Shown here piece after piece: positions 12,564 through 25,900 of a DNA stretch of 64,000 nucleotides. The notes beneath the pieces are model-generated. The model had not been told where the DNA came from. It searched no databases and was given only the letters and a program-made list of their open reading frames with translations. The position numbers and the translations under genes were made by a program. This DNA is from Podospora anserina (Eukaryota): assembly GCA_017654855.1 (NCBI GenBank), contig CM030332.1:6448001-6512000 (forward strand), in the 5' to 3' direction. Every line of letters begins with the position of its first letter. Positions within the stretch are counted from its first letter, which is position 1.

Positions 12564-13715
12564 ATGTTGCTGCTCGATTACCAGAATGTGCTGATACAAA
12601 CGGTGCTCACGGAGCGTTTCTCCGGGTGAGTGTTGTCTTGTCTCTACCAATCTCACCGCCAAGCCCCCCCTGACCATCACCGCCATAGCTAACCAACAAT
12701 GCGCCCAACACAGAGCACCCCCCGTGTCCATCGACCAGACCGTGTCCGACTTTGACGGCGTCATCTTCCACATCTCCACCCCCGACACCAAGACGAAGAT
12801 TGTTGTGTCTATGCAAATCCGCTGCTACAAGGACCTTGTTCGTTACGGCGCTGAGGAGCTCCTGGCTGAGGAATATGGCCCGTATGTTATCCCGCCCGAG
12901 CCAGGTTATGACTTTTCCCTCCAGATCGACCTCGAGAATCTCCCAGAGGACAAGGAAGCCCGCGATGCGTTGATCATGAAGATTGCTCTGTTGAAGCGCA
13001 ATGCCATGGCTGCCCCTTTTAAGCAGGCGTACGAGGAGCACTACCACCTGAAGGCCGAGGCCGCCAAGTTCACATCCGAAGAAGCGCCACAGGGTGTCAA
13101 GGAGGGCGGGTCCGTGAAGGCTATTCAGTACCGTGAGGAGGAGGCGATCTATGTCAAGGCCAGTCATGATCGCGTCACTGTTATTTTCAGTACCGTGTTC
13201 AGGGAGGAGACGGATCGCGTGTTTGGAAAGGTGTTCATCCAGGAGTTTGTGGATGCCCGCCGGAGAGCTATTCAGAACGCGCCTCAGGTGCTGTTCAGGA
13301 ATGATCCACCATTGGAGTTGCAGGGTGTGCCGGGTGTGAAGAATACCGGCACCGGGGAGATTGGTTATGTTACTTTTGGTATGTCTCGACATAACCGGCG
13401 TGGGATGACATGTGCTAACATACAAACTAGTTTTGTTCCCTCGCCACTTGACCCCTCAGCGTATGAATGATGTTATTTCACATATTCAGACCTTCCGCGA
13501 TTACTTCCACTACCATATCAAGGCCTCCAAGGCTTATATCCACACTCGGATGAGAAGGCGGACGGCAGACTTCCTCCAGGGTATGTTCGTTCCCTACCAC
13601 TGTTCCCTGAGTATCATCCTAACGCTTTATATCAGTCCTCCGGAGAGCGAGACCAGAGAACGAAGAAAAGGAGCGCAAGACAGCGAGCGGGAGAACCTTC
13701 AAGGCTGGAAACTAG
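12564..13715 (+). CDS. ARC35: Arp2/3 complex 34-kDa subunit (ARPC2); exons 12564-12625, 12714-13378, 13431-13580, 13636-13715
   Basis: Motifs [30 protein letters not shown] and [21 protein letters not shown]; canonical introns. Confidence 0.96.
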
Positions 13716-16700
13716 TTTGTTTGGGGCGTGTTTTGGAGTTGAGCGTCTTTTATGGATGTTGTGTATAGGGTAGAGCAACGCAAGCAACGGTCGGGTGACT
13801 AATTTACAGACAAGACCATGGATCGCTGCTCCTTCCCACATCACTGCGTTACCGCATCAACCACTGCCACATCAACACGTTACCCCTTCATCATGTCAAC
13901 ACACTACCCCTTGGCCACAGTAATCCATTACCCTTTATAGAATTGGCGCATTGCCCCTTCGCCATCTTATCATACCACTAGTTCTAGTCGCTTTGAAGAC
14001 CCTCACTTGTTTCTTTTTGACATATTGACATATCAATACAGGGTAGCGTACCTTGGACATCTTACCTTGTCTTGTCAGGGGCACTTCAACCGTCAGCTGC
14101 ACTTTCCCTTCTTTTCATATCCGGCACTGTAAAATTTGCAAACCCACCAACGCTCTTCGTTTACTCCTCCTTCCGTCTTCGGAATCCCCTCATTTTCACT
14201 CATCTAGCCATACCCCTTGACCCAGAGGGCCAGGTTTCACAGCATCCACCTGGCGTGTTACAGCTTCAAGTCGTGCCCACCGCCGGAGCCGCATGTCCGG
14301 TATCTCTTCGTTTAGGGTTTTTTCCTTTCCTTTTTCTTACCTACCTACCTAGGTACACGCCCCTCCCACAGTCCCGTCCGCCCCGCCTCGTACTGCCCGT
14401 TGCTGCTTGATGCGGTGTTTGCTTTTTTTCTGGTGAGCACGGCATACCCTAGCGGTGGTGGGTGGGGGGCGGACACGACATGCGCCCTTCCCCTTCCCTG
14501 GCTGACCTATGCTGTGATCCCTTCATGACTGGAAACCTACCTACCCACCTTGTCGGTTTCGCCCGTACTTTTTGGGCTTGTGGTCGGCGGTCTCCGCGTG
14601 AGGTATGGGGTTGTGGGTTACAAAAGAGGGAGGACAAAAAGTTGAGAAAATAGATTAATCTGACCCGGGAGTTTGGGGAGGTTGAAAGGGGGGAAAGTCT
14701 CGGTGGACGGATTGGGAAGGGGATGGTGGTAATATGACGGGATTGTAGAACCATCTGTTTGATAGGTGGCATGGTGAGGTCATGTTTGGGGTTGTGGATT
14801 TGTTTACCTCTATGACAAGAGGTGTGTGTAGAGGGGTGACGTGATGGATAAGATGAAGCTTTTGATCACGTTATTGACAATTGGTAGTCGATCCGGGCCG
14901 ATCCTCCCGGTTGCCGTCCTCTCTCTCGGTCATTCGAAGAACGTTTGGGGGTCATGTCAGCTCCCCTCTCAAGTTTCAGCCCCCAAACTCCCCCCCATTC
15001 CGGAGTGCATTTCATCTGCCGAAACGTGCATCCCCAGGTTTTGATACTGTCTTGCAACGTCACCAGGTGTGAGTGGGCTCTTTTGCAGCTACCATCTCGA
15101 TGTCAGGCAGGTGCCCCGGGCTCTGGTGTGTTCAGGTGTGTTCCAGAAGGGTGGTGTGATCGCTATGGTGCCCAATTACCTCACCACTTTCTCTCTCTCA
15201 CACAAACCAGTGGGTTGGGTATCTGGTGTCCTAGGTTTCGGTCCGGCTAAATCGCTTGATTGCACACACTTCCCGACCAAAGTCTGCCGTCCCCAGGTAT
15301 TTTTTGTCCAGTCCGGTAGTTTACTGCGTGCAATATAGATTACAGCTGGAAAAACGGCTGGGTCTCGTTGGAAGATTCTGAGACTTCCTTTCGGTCCCGA
15401 GCAATATATGGTCGACAGAAGGGGTTGCAGCTGAGGCAGTGCAAAATACTACAGGTCAATAAACCAGCTTGAAGCAAAAAGATTATGCTGTGTCTGAAAC
15501 TAGCAAGTTTGAGAATTCGAGTCTCCTCGTATCTTTTCGTGGGGGATGGAAAGTGAAGGCGGGGGAAAGTTTCACTTGACTGGTGGAAAATGCATCATCG
15601 TGAGGGGATACATAAGCAGATAAAAAAAAATGGTGCAATCATTTGCTTGCTCACCCTCACACACACACCAACTTGCCCTGTTTGTGTGTGGGCGAGAAGA
15701 AAAGCAGGCTCAGTTGCGTGACCAACCTATTGGACTTACGTCAATCTTATGCCTCGCTCAGCATCCCGCTCTTGAAGCTTGTGATGAGTAGGCACCTTAT
15801 GTCTCGGACTCGGGAGAATACTCTTATCGAGCCAGTTACAGGTGCCCTTCTTCCCCTCTTCAGCCCTTTTCGTCACGAGCCTTGGCTGGCTAGCTATCAA
15901 CCTACCCAACTCCATCCAACAGGCTGAACTTCTCTTCCCCATCCCGTGAATGACTCTGACTCGAACCAACCCCCACCGGCCCGCATCCCGACAGGCAGAC
16001 TGTCAGACTCCGTACCCGGAGCATCGCCCTGAAAATAACCAAGCGCTGACTTCCACAGCGGCCGACAAGGCAGGTCCGTTGGGTGGTTGGTAACTACCCA
16101 CCTAGGTAGATAGCCAGCCCGAAATCCAGCGAACCCGAGAAGAATCAGAACTCGTCATCAGCTCGGTCGGTCGCATCCCTTTGGGACTAATGCATGAGCT
16201 CAAGTCTCGGAAGAGGCCTCCACGGGAACAGTCACTGCAAAAGATGAAGCTACTGCGAAGAATATCACGAATGCAAAAAAGACCAAGGCACAGAGCAGTG
16301 TAAAAGTATGTAAAAGGTGTACTGAAAATTTAATTCGCTGTCCTAGCTACAAGAAATATTCCAAGAGAGTATCGATCGCGGTATCCATATGGTTGGGCGT
16401 TCCAGCAACAACCGGACCATGTCCGAAAGAAATGTCTCTCCCCCTTCTTCCCCCCCCCTCCTCCTCTCACTGTTCAATTCCATATATGTCTGGTGGCCGT
16501 GAAAAGTATATCCAAAAACGAAAAAAAATAATGTATAGAAGAAAAGAAAAACCGAAATCCACAATATGTACCCAAATCCGTCAAATCAAGTCCCCGTTTT
16601 CTGGCATCGCAAGGAGGGGGTGACTGCTTGTGGGCGATGGTGAACAGGGTCGGGCGTGTACTTCTTGATGCGACCATAAAAAAAAGAAGACTGCCCTTTT

Positions 16701-17577
16701 CTGTCACTCCTACCCAATTAGAGTCGCCCTCCTGCGAGGGATGCAAAGTCAGTTGAGCCATCGCCGTGTTACCGGCGACTCGCTCAGATATGACTCCCAT
16801 CCCTTGCCGCTGTGTTCCGACCCATTTTCCTCCTCGGGGGGCGCTGCGAAGTCCGGCGGTGTGTGAAAGACAACCGCGGGGAGGGCAGGCCCAAAACATG
16901 TTTGTGAAAAGCTGGCGAGTGAAGGTGTTGAAGACATAAGAAAATAAAAATCGTTCATGAAGATGGTGTCGTCGTGACTGTGGTGTCCAGGTCGCAGCAC
17001 GGCTCTGCGTTGCCGGGGCTCTTCCTCCCCGCAAGGGGCTTCCCGCGCAATGTTGACAAGGACAAATGCTCGCCGTTTTCCTTCTCAACCCCAATTTTGT
17101 TGTGTAAATTGTGTTGCCAGTCTGACTGTCTGCGAGAGATTTCTCCGCATCGCTGACAGGCCCGCGACGGCGATCCTCCAGTGTACAAAGGAGAAGGAAT
17201 GATGTCGTAACAAAATAATCAATCCAAATCCGCCAATGTTCGCCGTGTTCCGCCCGCCGACCTCGCAGCAAAAAGCTCTGCTGGAAACAACCCAATACCA
17301 AGCGCCATAGGAAATACCATATGAAAAGAGAAGCCGTGTCCGAAGTAGTAGGAGAGTAAAGAACATTAATCGTAGAGATGCGTCCAAGAAAAATCAAAAA
17401 AGCCAATGCTCGCTTGCTAATTTTGCCAATCGAAAAGACCAAATACAAGGACAACGCAGAAAATCAGGCTGGGAAAATGTCCAAAAGAGAAGAAAAAAAA
17501 GGCGGGCAACTCCTGTTCGCACAAGAGCGCAAAGAAGCAACAAATGTCGGAGAGCGTGAGCTGGTAGATATCTGTTT

Positions 17578-17599
17578 TTGTGTGTGTGTGTGTGTGTGT
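17578..17599. repeat. (TG)n microsatellite, about 11 units, downstream of the bZIP gene
   Basis: Read directly from the sequence. Confidence 0.85.
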
Positions 17600-17784
17600 C
17601 GCGGGAGCGGAAGAATTGTATGTGTGGTGGGTTTGAGAAAAAGTCATCCCCGAGGAAAAAAAAAACCGAAAATGCTGAAAGCGCCCAACGCTATGCATGT
17701 CGTGTGTGTTTCATGCAGTGTCATTCGTAGGCCGTGAACCTCGTCTCTCGTGTCGTGTAGTCGTCATCAAAGGTGTTCCATAGC

Positions 17785-19689
17785 TTATGACCGGTCGTTG
17801 CCGCTGGAGGCTTGAGCAGAGTTGCTCTCAGCAATCATCTTGGCAAACGATCGGACGACGTCGCTTGGAACCTGGTCCCAGAGCAGCGACCGAGTGTAGA
17901 CCTCGGCAGCCGACTGCTTATTGGCATTGCGCATGTTGGCGAGAGCCTCGGCGAGATTGCGTCTGCCCTGGCTCGTAGTCCTTTCGGCACCAGCACTAGG
18001 GAGGAAATCTTGCGAGGTCAAGTCATTATATTGCGCAGCCGTAAGCGAGAAGATCTGCTCGTTGGTCTGCTGTTCGGTGGGCTGCGTCAGGGCATCGGCC
18101 ATCTCACCGAGCATCGATGGTGCGACGTTGTCCACCATCGGCGTGGCAAGCGGGAGCGATGAGCCTGAGGCCTGGGTCCAGCTGGTGCCGGATGGCTGAG
18201 GAGCCATCGCAGCGACCCCCGAGGGGGCCTGGCCGCTGACGCCGGCATCCTTGAGCACGTTCTCGAGGAGGGTCGCGGACGCGGCGCGGACATCCTCGGA
18301 CACGCGGGGAATGCTGGGGGTCGAGCGGCTCGAGAGGACGAAAGCGCCGACGAGGAAGAGCATGAAGAGGAGGCCGCCAGGCTGGGCGGGCTTCTCGGAG
18401 TCGGTCGGCAGAGCGATCTCGGGCTTCTTGGTGGAGACGAGCTGCATCTCCTGCTTGACCTCGGCAGTCTGCTCCAAGGGGAACTCGCCAAAGACGGGCA
18501 TGTTCTCCCAGGAACCATCCATGGTGATGCCGTCCATCTCGTTAAAAGCGCCGGGGAAGCCCGGTGCGTTAGAGGTGGCACCCTCCATGGACTGCACGTG
18601 GTTGGTTAGGACGCCGATCTTCTTCCGCAGCTCGCCCGATTCGATCGTGTGCTTGCTGATCAACTCGTCACGCTCTCTCTCGAGGTTGTGGGCATAGGTC
18701 TGGTAGTCCTGCTTCTCCATCGAGAGCTTCTCAAGCTCCCTCTGCAGATCGGCGATGGTGTCCTCCAGGGAGGAGATCACCTCGGTGAAATGCTTCTTCT
18801 CATCCTCAAGACGCTCAGTGTGAAGCTTCTTGCGTTGTCTGGAATCAAGGCTGTGAAGATGGTTAGTCATTGTTCGCTTGCATGGGGATCAAGGTACATA
18901 CGCAGCCTGTCTGTTGCGAAGGAGTCGTTTCTGCTGCTTGAGCTCCTTGATCTCTTGCTCATCGGTGGACTGGGCAATCAACTGATCGATGTTGGTCAAG
19001 TTGCGCTCAGCGGGGATGTCGAAGCGTGCGTTCTTCTTCCGGATGCCATCACCCCTCCGCAAGTCGTTGTGAGAGCGGATCAAGGGGCTGGCGGGCCGCG
19101 GTCGCTTCAAGGCCTGGCTCTTGACATCCTGGGCCATCCACACGTCCTTGTGGGGGGAGGTGGGCATGGACTGAGGGAGCTGCTGAAACATGGCGGGCTG
19201 AGGTCCGGGGTTGCCAAAGGGCGTCGCTTGCACCTGGAAAGGGCTGGGCTTGGGGAACATGTTCATGGGAGCCGAGTCGTATTCCGCTGGGAGGCCGTCG
19301 AATGTCTGCATCTGAGGGGTGGCGGATCCAGAGCTGGTCATGGGCCAGGTCTGGTTCGCGTAAACGGCGTGCTGGCCTCGGTCCATCTGCAGGAAGGGGT
19401 TGTTGCTCTGAGCGTCAAAGAAGGGGTTGTTCGACGGGACGGCCTGCATGTCCACTTGCTGCCAGCTCTCGGTTTTTGGCGAGAAGAGCGAGGGGGCGAC
19501 TGCGAAGGAATCCCTTCTGCTATCCGTCATAGAAGGGGAGTTCTCGAAGCCCGAGTCAATGCCGCTCTGGTCAAGAATGTTGTCGTCGAGTATGCTGTCA
19601 GCCTCCTCCTCAAAGTATTTTTGAGCATGGTTGGTGTCGACTGATAACGGTCCTCTGTAGAAGTTGTCCATTGGGAATGCTGAGACCAT
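17785..19689 (-). CDS. bZIP transcription factor with a downstream hydrophobic segment (possibly the Neurospora ada-1 / Fusarium Zif1 group); exons 19689-18902 and 18850-17785
   Basis: The basic region KQQKRLLRNRQAA^LDSRQRKK is joined across a GTATGT..CAG intron and followed by a coiled coil. The orthologue name is from recollection and is unverified. Confidence 0.9.
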
Positions 19690-19758
19690 GATGGGCCACA
19701 GGTGTGATTTGTGATTTGTGTGTTGGGTGTTGATATTAAGAAGTGTGTGGACCAATTC

Positions 19759-19956
19759 CTATTATATGTTTGTGTTAGTTGTTGAGCGGACCGGGGAGCG
19801 GTGAGGGCGAAGCCACCGCTTTTTATTTCGGGGAGGTGTTGGGGGTCTGAGAGCAAGGGAGGCTCAGGGCGGCATGGATATGCGGAGAAAAAGAAACCAG
19901 GAAAAAATCCCGCTCAGGATCATGCATACCGGGTAGAATTTTCAGACTTCTGACAT
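19759..19956 (-). promoter_or_regulatory. 5'-UTR intron (19929-19759) and 4-codon uORF (19956-19942, MSEV*) of the bZIP gene
   Basis: Donor GTATGC at 19929, branch ACTAAC near 19775-19780, acceptor TAG at 19761-19759. ATG TCA GAA GTC TGA lies just upstream of the donor. Confidence 0.6.
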
Positions 19957-22900
19957 TCAAGCGGAACTGTTGGGGTGGTTGTGTGAAGAGGGCTTGGAGG
20001 GAGTGTTAGGTGGTGTTGTTGTTGTAGGAGGTCGAGAAGAAAGGTGAGAAGATATGAGAGAGAAGATCAAGTGGAGGAGGATTGATACTGGCTTTGTGGG
20101 GGATGTGCTAGAAGAAGAGCGGGAGGCAGGGGTGGGCAGGTTTAAGAGAACCAAGAATTCATGTTGTGATCCATGGAGGGGTCGGAGGAGGGGGGGCCTT
20201 TGGGTGAGAGAGAAGCCGAAATGTCACTCACTCTTTGGGATCCAAGTCACACTGTCGTTTTTCTGGAAGGAGGGGTTATCAGACTTTGACTGGCAGTCTG
20301 CTGGCGATGATGGTTGGTGGTGTGGGTGTGTAAACGATGGTAGAGATCCTCGATCTTGCTTTCTGTGAAGACGAGGAGAGCATACAATGTTCAATGATGA
20401 CAATGAGGATTGTGGATGGAGAGTGGGATGAAGTGGGTTGTCCTTCCCTCTATGTTATGTACTTGAAGGTGATCAGGGCCCGACTCTCTGCGAGCGCCGA
20501 AACAGAGCAGCCCAGGGTACGTACCCGACTTTGCCCAATTGAAGAGTGATGGGAGTGCAGACGGCTGTGGTACATGGGAGTGGATGTTGCGGAGAGGGGG
20601 GCATGTGCATGGGGGAGACTTTTTTCGGAGAGGGGGAAGGGAGGGGAGGGGGGTGGTGCATTGTGGGGGTGTGTGTTCGAGGCTGGGGAGTGTAGCGAAG
20701 AGAGATCCGATTTGAAGGACCACCCAAACGTGCCGGGGGGTCCAAAGTACTCTCTCTGAAAACTCCCGGAAACGCAACCAGGAAAAAGGCAGACTGAGCG
20801 TCGGACAAGAAACCTGCCTGGCGGGAAGCGCAACGGCGCAAACCAGGGAAGAAGCTCACCAGACCAACCGGCCTTGCGATTGACTGATGGTGATGCCCTC
20901 TGCCCCTCTCACAGTCCGTTTCGGAAGGGTACCTCTTGTGACCGCCCCGGTACTTGCATTCTGGAACGGCAAAGCAGATGCTAACGGTTTACAGGAACGA
21001 ACGAGAGGAAGGCTAGAGTGGAGATGTGGACCAGTCGAACGGAGCCAGGGAACCTCCCAAATAGGACTGTATGAAAAGAGGAAGATATCAAGTGGGGATA
21101 GCGGCCAGTCTCGGGCACGCAAACCGTAGCATCTGATATCAAATCAGTGATCGCTTGCCGGACCCGGGCTTCTTCCTGGGAAGCCGCCCCAGCTTTGTCC
21201 AGCCTGGCTGGTTCTGTCAGCCGATGTTCCAGCGGGGGCTTTGCCGGAGCCGAGTGATAGGTCGATTTTCACGGCATGGGCATCCAAAGTGCTGGAAGGA
21301 CGCTGTAAAGGGAGCGCAAAAAAGGGAACAGGACTCAGCACTGCTGAGTACCCGGGGAGAGGGCCGCTGAAGGGTGGGCGGCAGAGACGCTGTTCTCATG
21401 ATTGGATTGGGCGAACGAGTGGTTGTGAAGGACCGCCTCGACAGGTTGGGCAGCGATGGCCATATGGCATCGATACCCAAAGTGCTTGCAGAACCAGTCG
21501 TCTGCCGCAGACATGCAGCTTCTCCCACACCCCCAAAACGGGTTTGCCAGGGCTCGCTCGAACCTCGTGAGCAGAGAGTGTGCCCCCGTGAGAGTGACCC
21601 CCCGTTTTCTGGGCATCACCATCTGATGGCTCCGGCAAGGCGGACTATCCTATTGCTCGGAGGGGTCAGAGGTGGGGTGATGCCATGACAGTAGCGCTGA
21701 AGATGATGGCGACGGCGACTGTGATCAAGACATCGAGATATGAAATCTGGAACGACATGGCGCCGCGGAGGTTCTGGCCTAGCGGTACTAGTAGCTAGCA
21801 CGCATTGAGAACCCTTGAGGCTATTCTTGCGCGGGGTGTTGGTGATACACACAGTAGGCCGTGGTGGTGCTTTCGCGGGGGACAAGTAAATATCGCAGCG
21901 CCTACACTACAAACAATTCGTCAATGGCGTCAGGGTACTGTCACCAGGCATGGGATTCCTTCGTGCGACTGCGAACAGGTTCTCGTCATCGTCTTCAGCT
22001 TCAAGGGGTGCCGCCAAGCTCTTTGCTCCGCGGCAGAAGCATGAGGGCCACGAGGCGTGGATGCCGTCTTCTGTCTGGAGAATCTGAAGGCTAGAGAAAA
22101 AGAGACCATTTTGGACGAACGGTTGTGGATAAACGGGAAGTAGCGAGAACGGAAGTCTCTGGGTCCCTTTGCGGCACCATCTGTGAAGCTCCGCGGTTCC
22201 AATCATGGTCAGTCGCTTACAACGTCTGTCTGATAACGGTACGGTCACCTGACCTGCCAGGGTGCACTTGTGCCGACAGCCTGCCTGCCTGGCCGAGATT
22301 CGAGAAGGCATGCTCATTTCCCCGGTTTTCTCACCTTCGATTCTTCCATTCAGCATCCTAAAACGCGCCCCTCGCCGCTACACAGCATCTCCACGCCCCG
22401 ACTGACACTTCACAGTCCAATTGTGTGCTCTGTATCACCTCGAACGGTCTCCACGCGCCCTGCTTCGATGGCCAGCATCTGATATCGAAGCATATCGTTC
22501 TATCCGCGCCCGAGTCGCGGCCCGCAGCCTACAGCCTGGCGGCAGTCCAAACGCAAATAGAAAGACACCAGGCCAAAACGGATGGATGGATGGATGGATG
22601 GAATGGTAAAAAGTCGGTGGCTGGTATTTTGGAGTTTGGTTTGGATTGCAGCGCGTCGTCTCCACTAGACGGCGAGCCCGCAGGTGCGGAAGGGAAGCTG
22701 GCCACTCACGAGAGCTGCCCAGATGCATTTGTGCACCCGGCCGCATATCTCGAGGCCCGCGCCATCTCGACCCAAAACAAAGAGTCCTTCGTCTCTGCCC
22801 AACCGTCGGCCTGTTTCTATTCTCTAACGCGCGGAGGAGCGCGTCTATCGGATCCAGAGCCTGTCGCGAACGATGCACGAAAACCCACCCTATTCACACT

Positions 22901-25900
22901 TTTGCTCACTTGTGCTCTCGAGCCTCAGTGGTTGACTGTCAGGTGTCAGCAGCGTTTCGCGTCTCAGAGCATCATCGGCAGCCAGCCGGCAGGCATGGCA
23001 CCCAATCGATTGTCTGCAGTGGTGACGGCGACACTTCACTTCACTTTACAGGCTCTTGGTCGGCTGCCATGAAAACATGAACCCCGAACCAAGTGATGAG
23101 CCATCAGCTAACTGTGAGATCAACACAACTAGGCGGATTGGAGGGCTTCCCCGGCGAGCTACTGCAAGAGCAGTCCCCGCCGTGCCCTTCCTGAGGTGCC
23201 ATCAGCACTTGGTCTTTGCTCTGGCTCTATCAGTCTGCCTATGCTTTGCCCGCACACATGTGCGGTTCGAGATGATAGGCAGATTTCTCGGTGTTTTGAT
23301 TCCTGCCCTGCTATCGGGACGACGAGTGTGGGACGACAGCAGCGTTCCGGAGCGGAAGCGCCTGCTGCGGGCCCGTTGAGAGATGCGGCAGCGGACCGGA
23401 CACGGCCAATCACCACCTTGAGGCGATCGTGCAGTTCTGGGGGCTCATTATCTTCCCACTAAGCCACCGTCCCGACGTTGTGGGAAGTGCCCCTCATAAT
23501 CCTTTAGGGGCCCAGGCCATGCAGAGACGAAGGACTCTTTGTTTTTGTCACGAGCAAAGCTATCATTTGTTGATTTTCAGCTTCGGGTCCCACGCCCAGC
23601 TCTGGTTTGAGAGACCATGGGATTTGCCCGTCAGACCTGCCCGCAATTCGTCCATATGACGGGACTGTCAGGAGCGGACACGCTCCCGGCTTGCTTGAGC
23701 ATCTGCAGCCGTCGTTATGCAGGCAATATCTTGCGTTGCGATGAAAGAAGGCCCAATATGCAACCTAGCGAGGCGGTCCCTTTGTGTCGGATCGATATCT
23801 CAACATATGCACTCCCACAAGCAAGCAGTTGACGATCACTGCCCAACGTCTGTCCGGTCTGCCCATACGAGCCCATCAGGATACTGGTTTTGAGCAGGTC
23901 TGCACGCATGCCTGTGGCAAGTTGACTATCTAGGCCCCTTTTCGGGGACCGTAGCAACCATCCTATTCGTCGTCGATATCTGGGGCAGGTTTTCTCTCGC
24001 CAGTCGCGGAAAAGACCCCTCAGCAAAAAACGTGACTGACTCATAGGTTGATCTCGCCGATGGCAGAACATCATCAACTTCCTGCCCCAGTCGCACACTG
24101 TTTCGTGTTGCTCCTCTATCTCCTACACAAAATCTGCTACGCCATAACCAGAATTGAGTCTTTCTGCCTTGCCTATCACCAACACGCGCATCCGTTCCGC
24201 TCTCGGCCAGTGTTCTGGATGGTTGAAAATCTTGAAGATATTCACAGTCGCACGATACATGACGCCAAAGTGGCACGTTCCCTGTTCCCTCTGCTCTGCT
24301 CCACCGCGTCTCCGTCGGATTACCCATTCTGTTACTAGAAGCAGCAGAGAATGCCTCCAGACAAGCAAGGTGCAGCCATTCCGAAGACGCCAAGAGTTGG
24401 GATATTGCACAGTTGAGCGGTGAAAAGGTCACGATGCTGCCTCGGCGTTGCAGAGAAGAGAGATTTTCCAAAACATACCCCGCCGCTCCGAGGCATTATT
24501 ATTCCTCCCTTCCGCATGGTTCGGGATCCGACGACTGAGGGCCGTACGGACGGGCTCATTCTCGGCCGGCATCGCTGAGAAGGGAATGGCATAATGCAGC
24601 TATCACGGTCAAGACTTTCGAGAGCTGCATCGTCTTGGAGATTTCTGGTGGAACCTGGTGCTTCAAGAGGCGGATGCTGGACCTCGATCCGGAAGTCTGG
24701 GTCACTCGATGTGTGCAGGGTGCAGTAATCCACAGGCTCTATCAGGACTATCAGGACATTTTGGGTCCGCCGCCACTGCTTGGTCCGGGTTGCTGCATCA
24801 TAGTAGCACGCAACATGGGCACGAGACGCGAGACTAAGGTGGTGTAAGCAGCGGTGTTGCTTGGTCTCTGTTTTGCATTACATCACATTAGGGGGGTAAA
24901 GAGGGGGAGACCGGCTGATGTTTTGGAGGGGTAAAAGAGGGACAGAGGCGGTGTCTAATTTTTATTTTTTTGGGTCGGCGTCTTTCTCGCGGTGTCAAGG
25001 GCGGTGTTGAAGTTCAGCTTCATCGTCCTAGTGAAAGCACCTACTCTATCCTACATCACAGATGCAGGGCCAAGCTGTTGATCTAGGCCACGGGAAAAAC
25101 CTGCTACGGAGTTTTTGTTCACCGAAAATTGTGCAGAAACGGAGACATTACGACATTCTGCCTGGAAGACGTTTGAAAATCCCCTTTTAGATGCATTTGA
25201 GATCCAGGAAAACGGAAATCTACAGCCAGAATCTCAGCAGACAATGAGTAGCGGTGAGGAGGTCGGCACGTTTTACCCCTGGTCGCCAAGGAACCCGCGA
25301 ATCGCAAATCCCCCTGCCCGCCCGGACTGTGGATTTTTGACTATGGGCTTTTGCACACCCTACCCATATCGCCGATCTTGGTGCGGCTGCGAACAGGCCG
25401 ACCGTGCGGCGATATCACGAGTTTCCTGGAGCGGGCGTTCTTGAAGTCTTTTGTGTCGGTCGATGTTTGTAACACGAGTCAGAGTTTGAAGCCACCGGAT
25501 TGGAGTTTTTTCGGTCTCAGGGCAGTCTCCGGGTGAAGAACGGCACCCCGCAGGCCTTCGCGAAGAATCACGGAGAAGACGGGATCGATCGATAAACCAT
25601 GCGAATTTTCATACACACCGCCGGTGCAGAGACCGGGGATCAAAACGGTTACCAACACGCTACTCGCAGAGAGCCGAACCAGACTCTCGGTTTTTCTAGT
25701 CAACGAGGTCCCCATGCCTGTGTCCGGGGGAGCAAACTTTTTTTTCTCCTGCCTCCTTGTCCCCGTTTGAGTTCTGTGGGTATGATGGGAAAGCTTGGTA
25801 GGGAGCGTCATCCATGTCTAGTATTTGGGAAGCATGACTTTGCCCCTGGCAAACATGGCCTTTGCTCGCTATCGGTGTCAGCACAGCGTCGTCGCGGCTC

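Noticed and set aside
14336-14356. TACCTA/TAGGTA palindromic runs (also near 16100 and 39450)
   Set aside because: Short low-complexity motifs with no evidence of a specific function.
16474-17454. 326-aa minus-strand ORF downstream of the bZIP gene
   Set aside because: Non-ATG start, T-run-driven composition and no recognisable motif; more likely 3' UTR or intergenic sequence.
18649-19644. 331-aa plus-strand ORF (also the antisense ORFs 30647-31327, 58800-59660, 12607-13425 and 50140-50877)
   Set aside because: Shadow ORFs antisense to well-supported genes with biased codon usage.
22425-24733. Cluster of 100-215-aa ORFs in the gene-free region
   Set aside because: Overlapping in many frames, with no motifs, no consistent splice model and no coding-like bias.
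24890-24945. Short direct repeat GGGGTAAA(A)GAGGG x2; also (GGAT)n near 22580-22600
   Set aside because: Too short and only local; not an array (no CRISPR-like repeat-spacer structure anywhere in the window).
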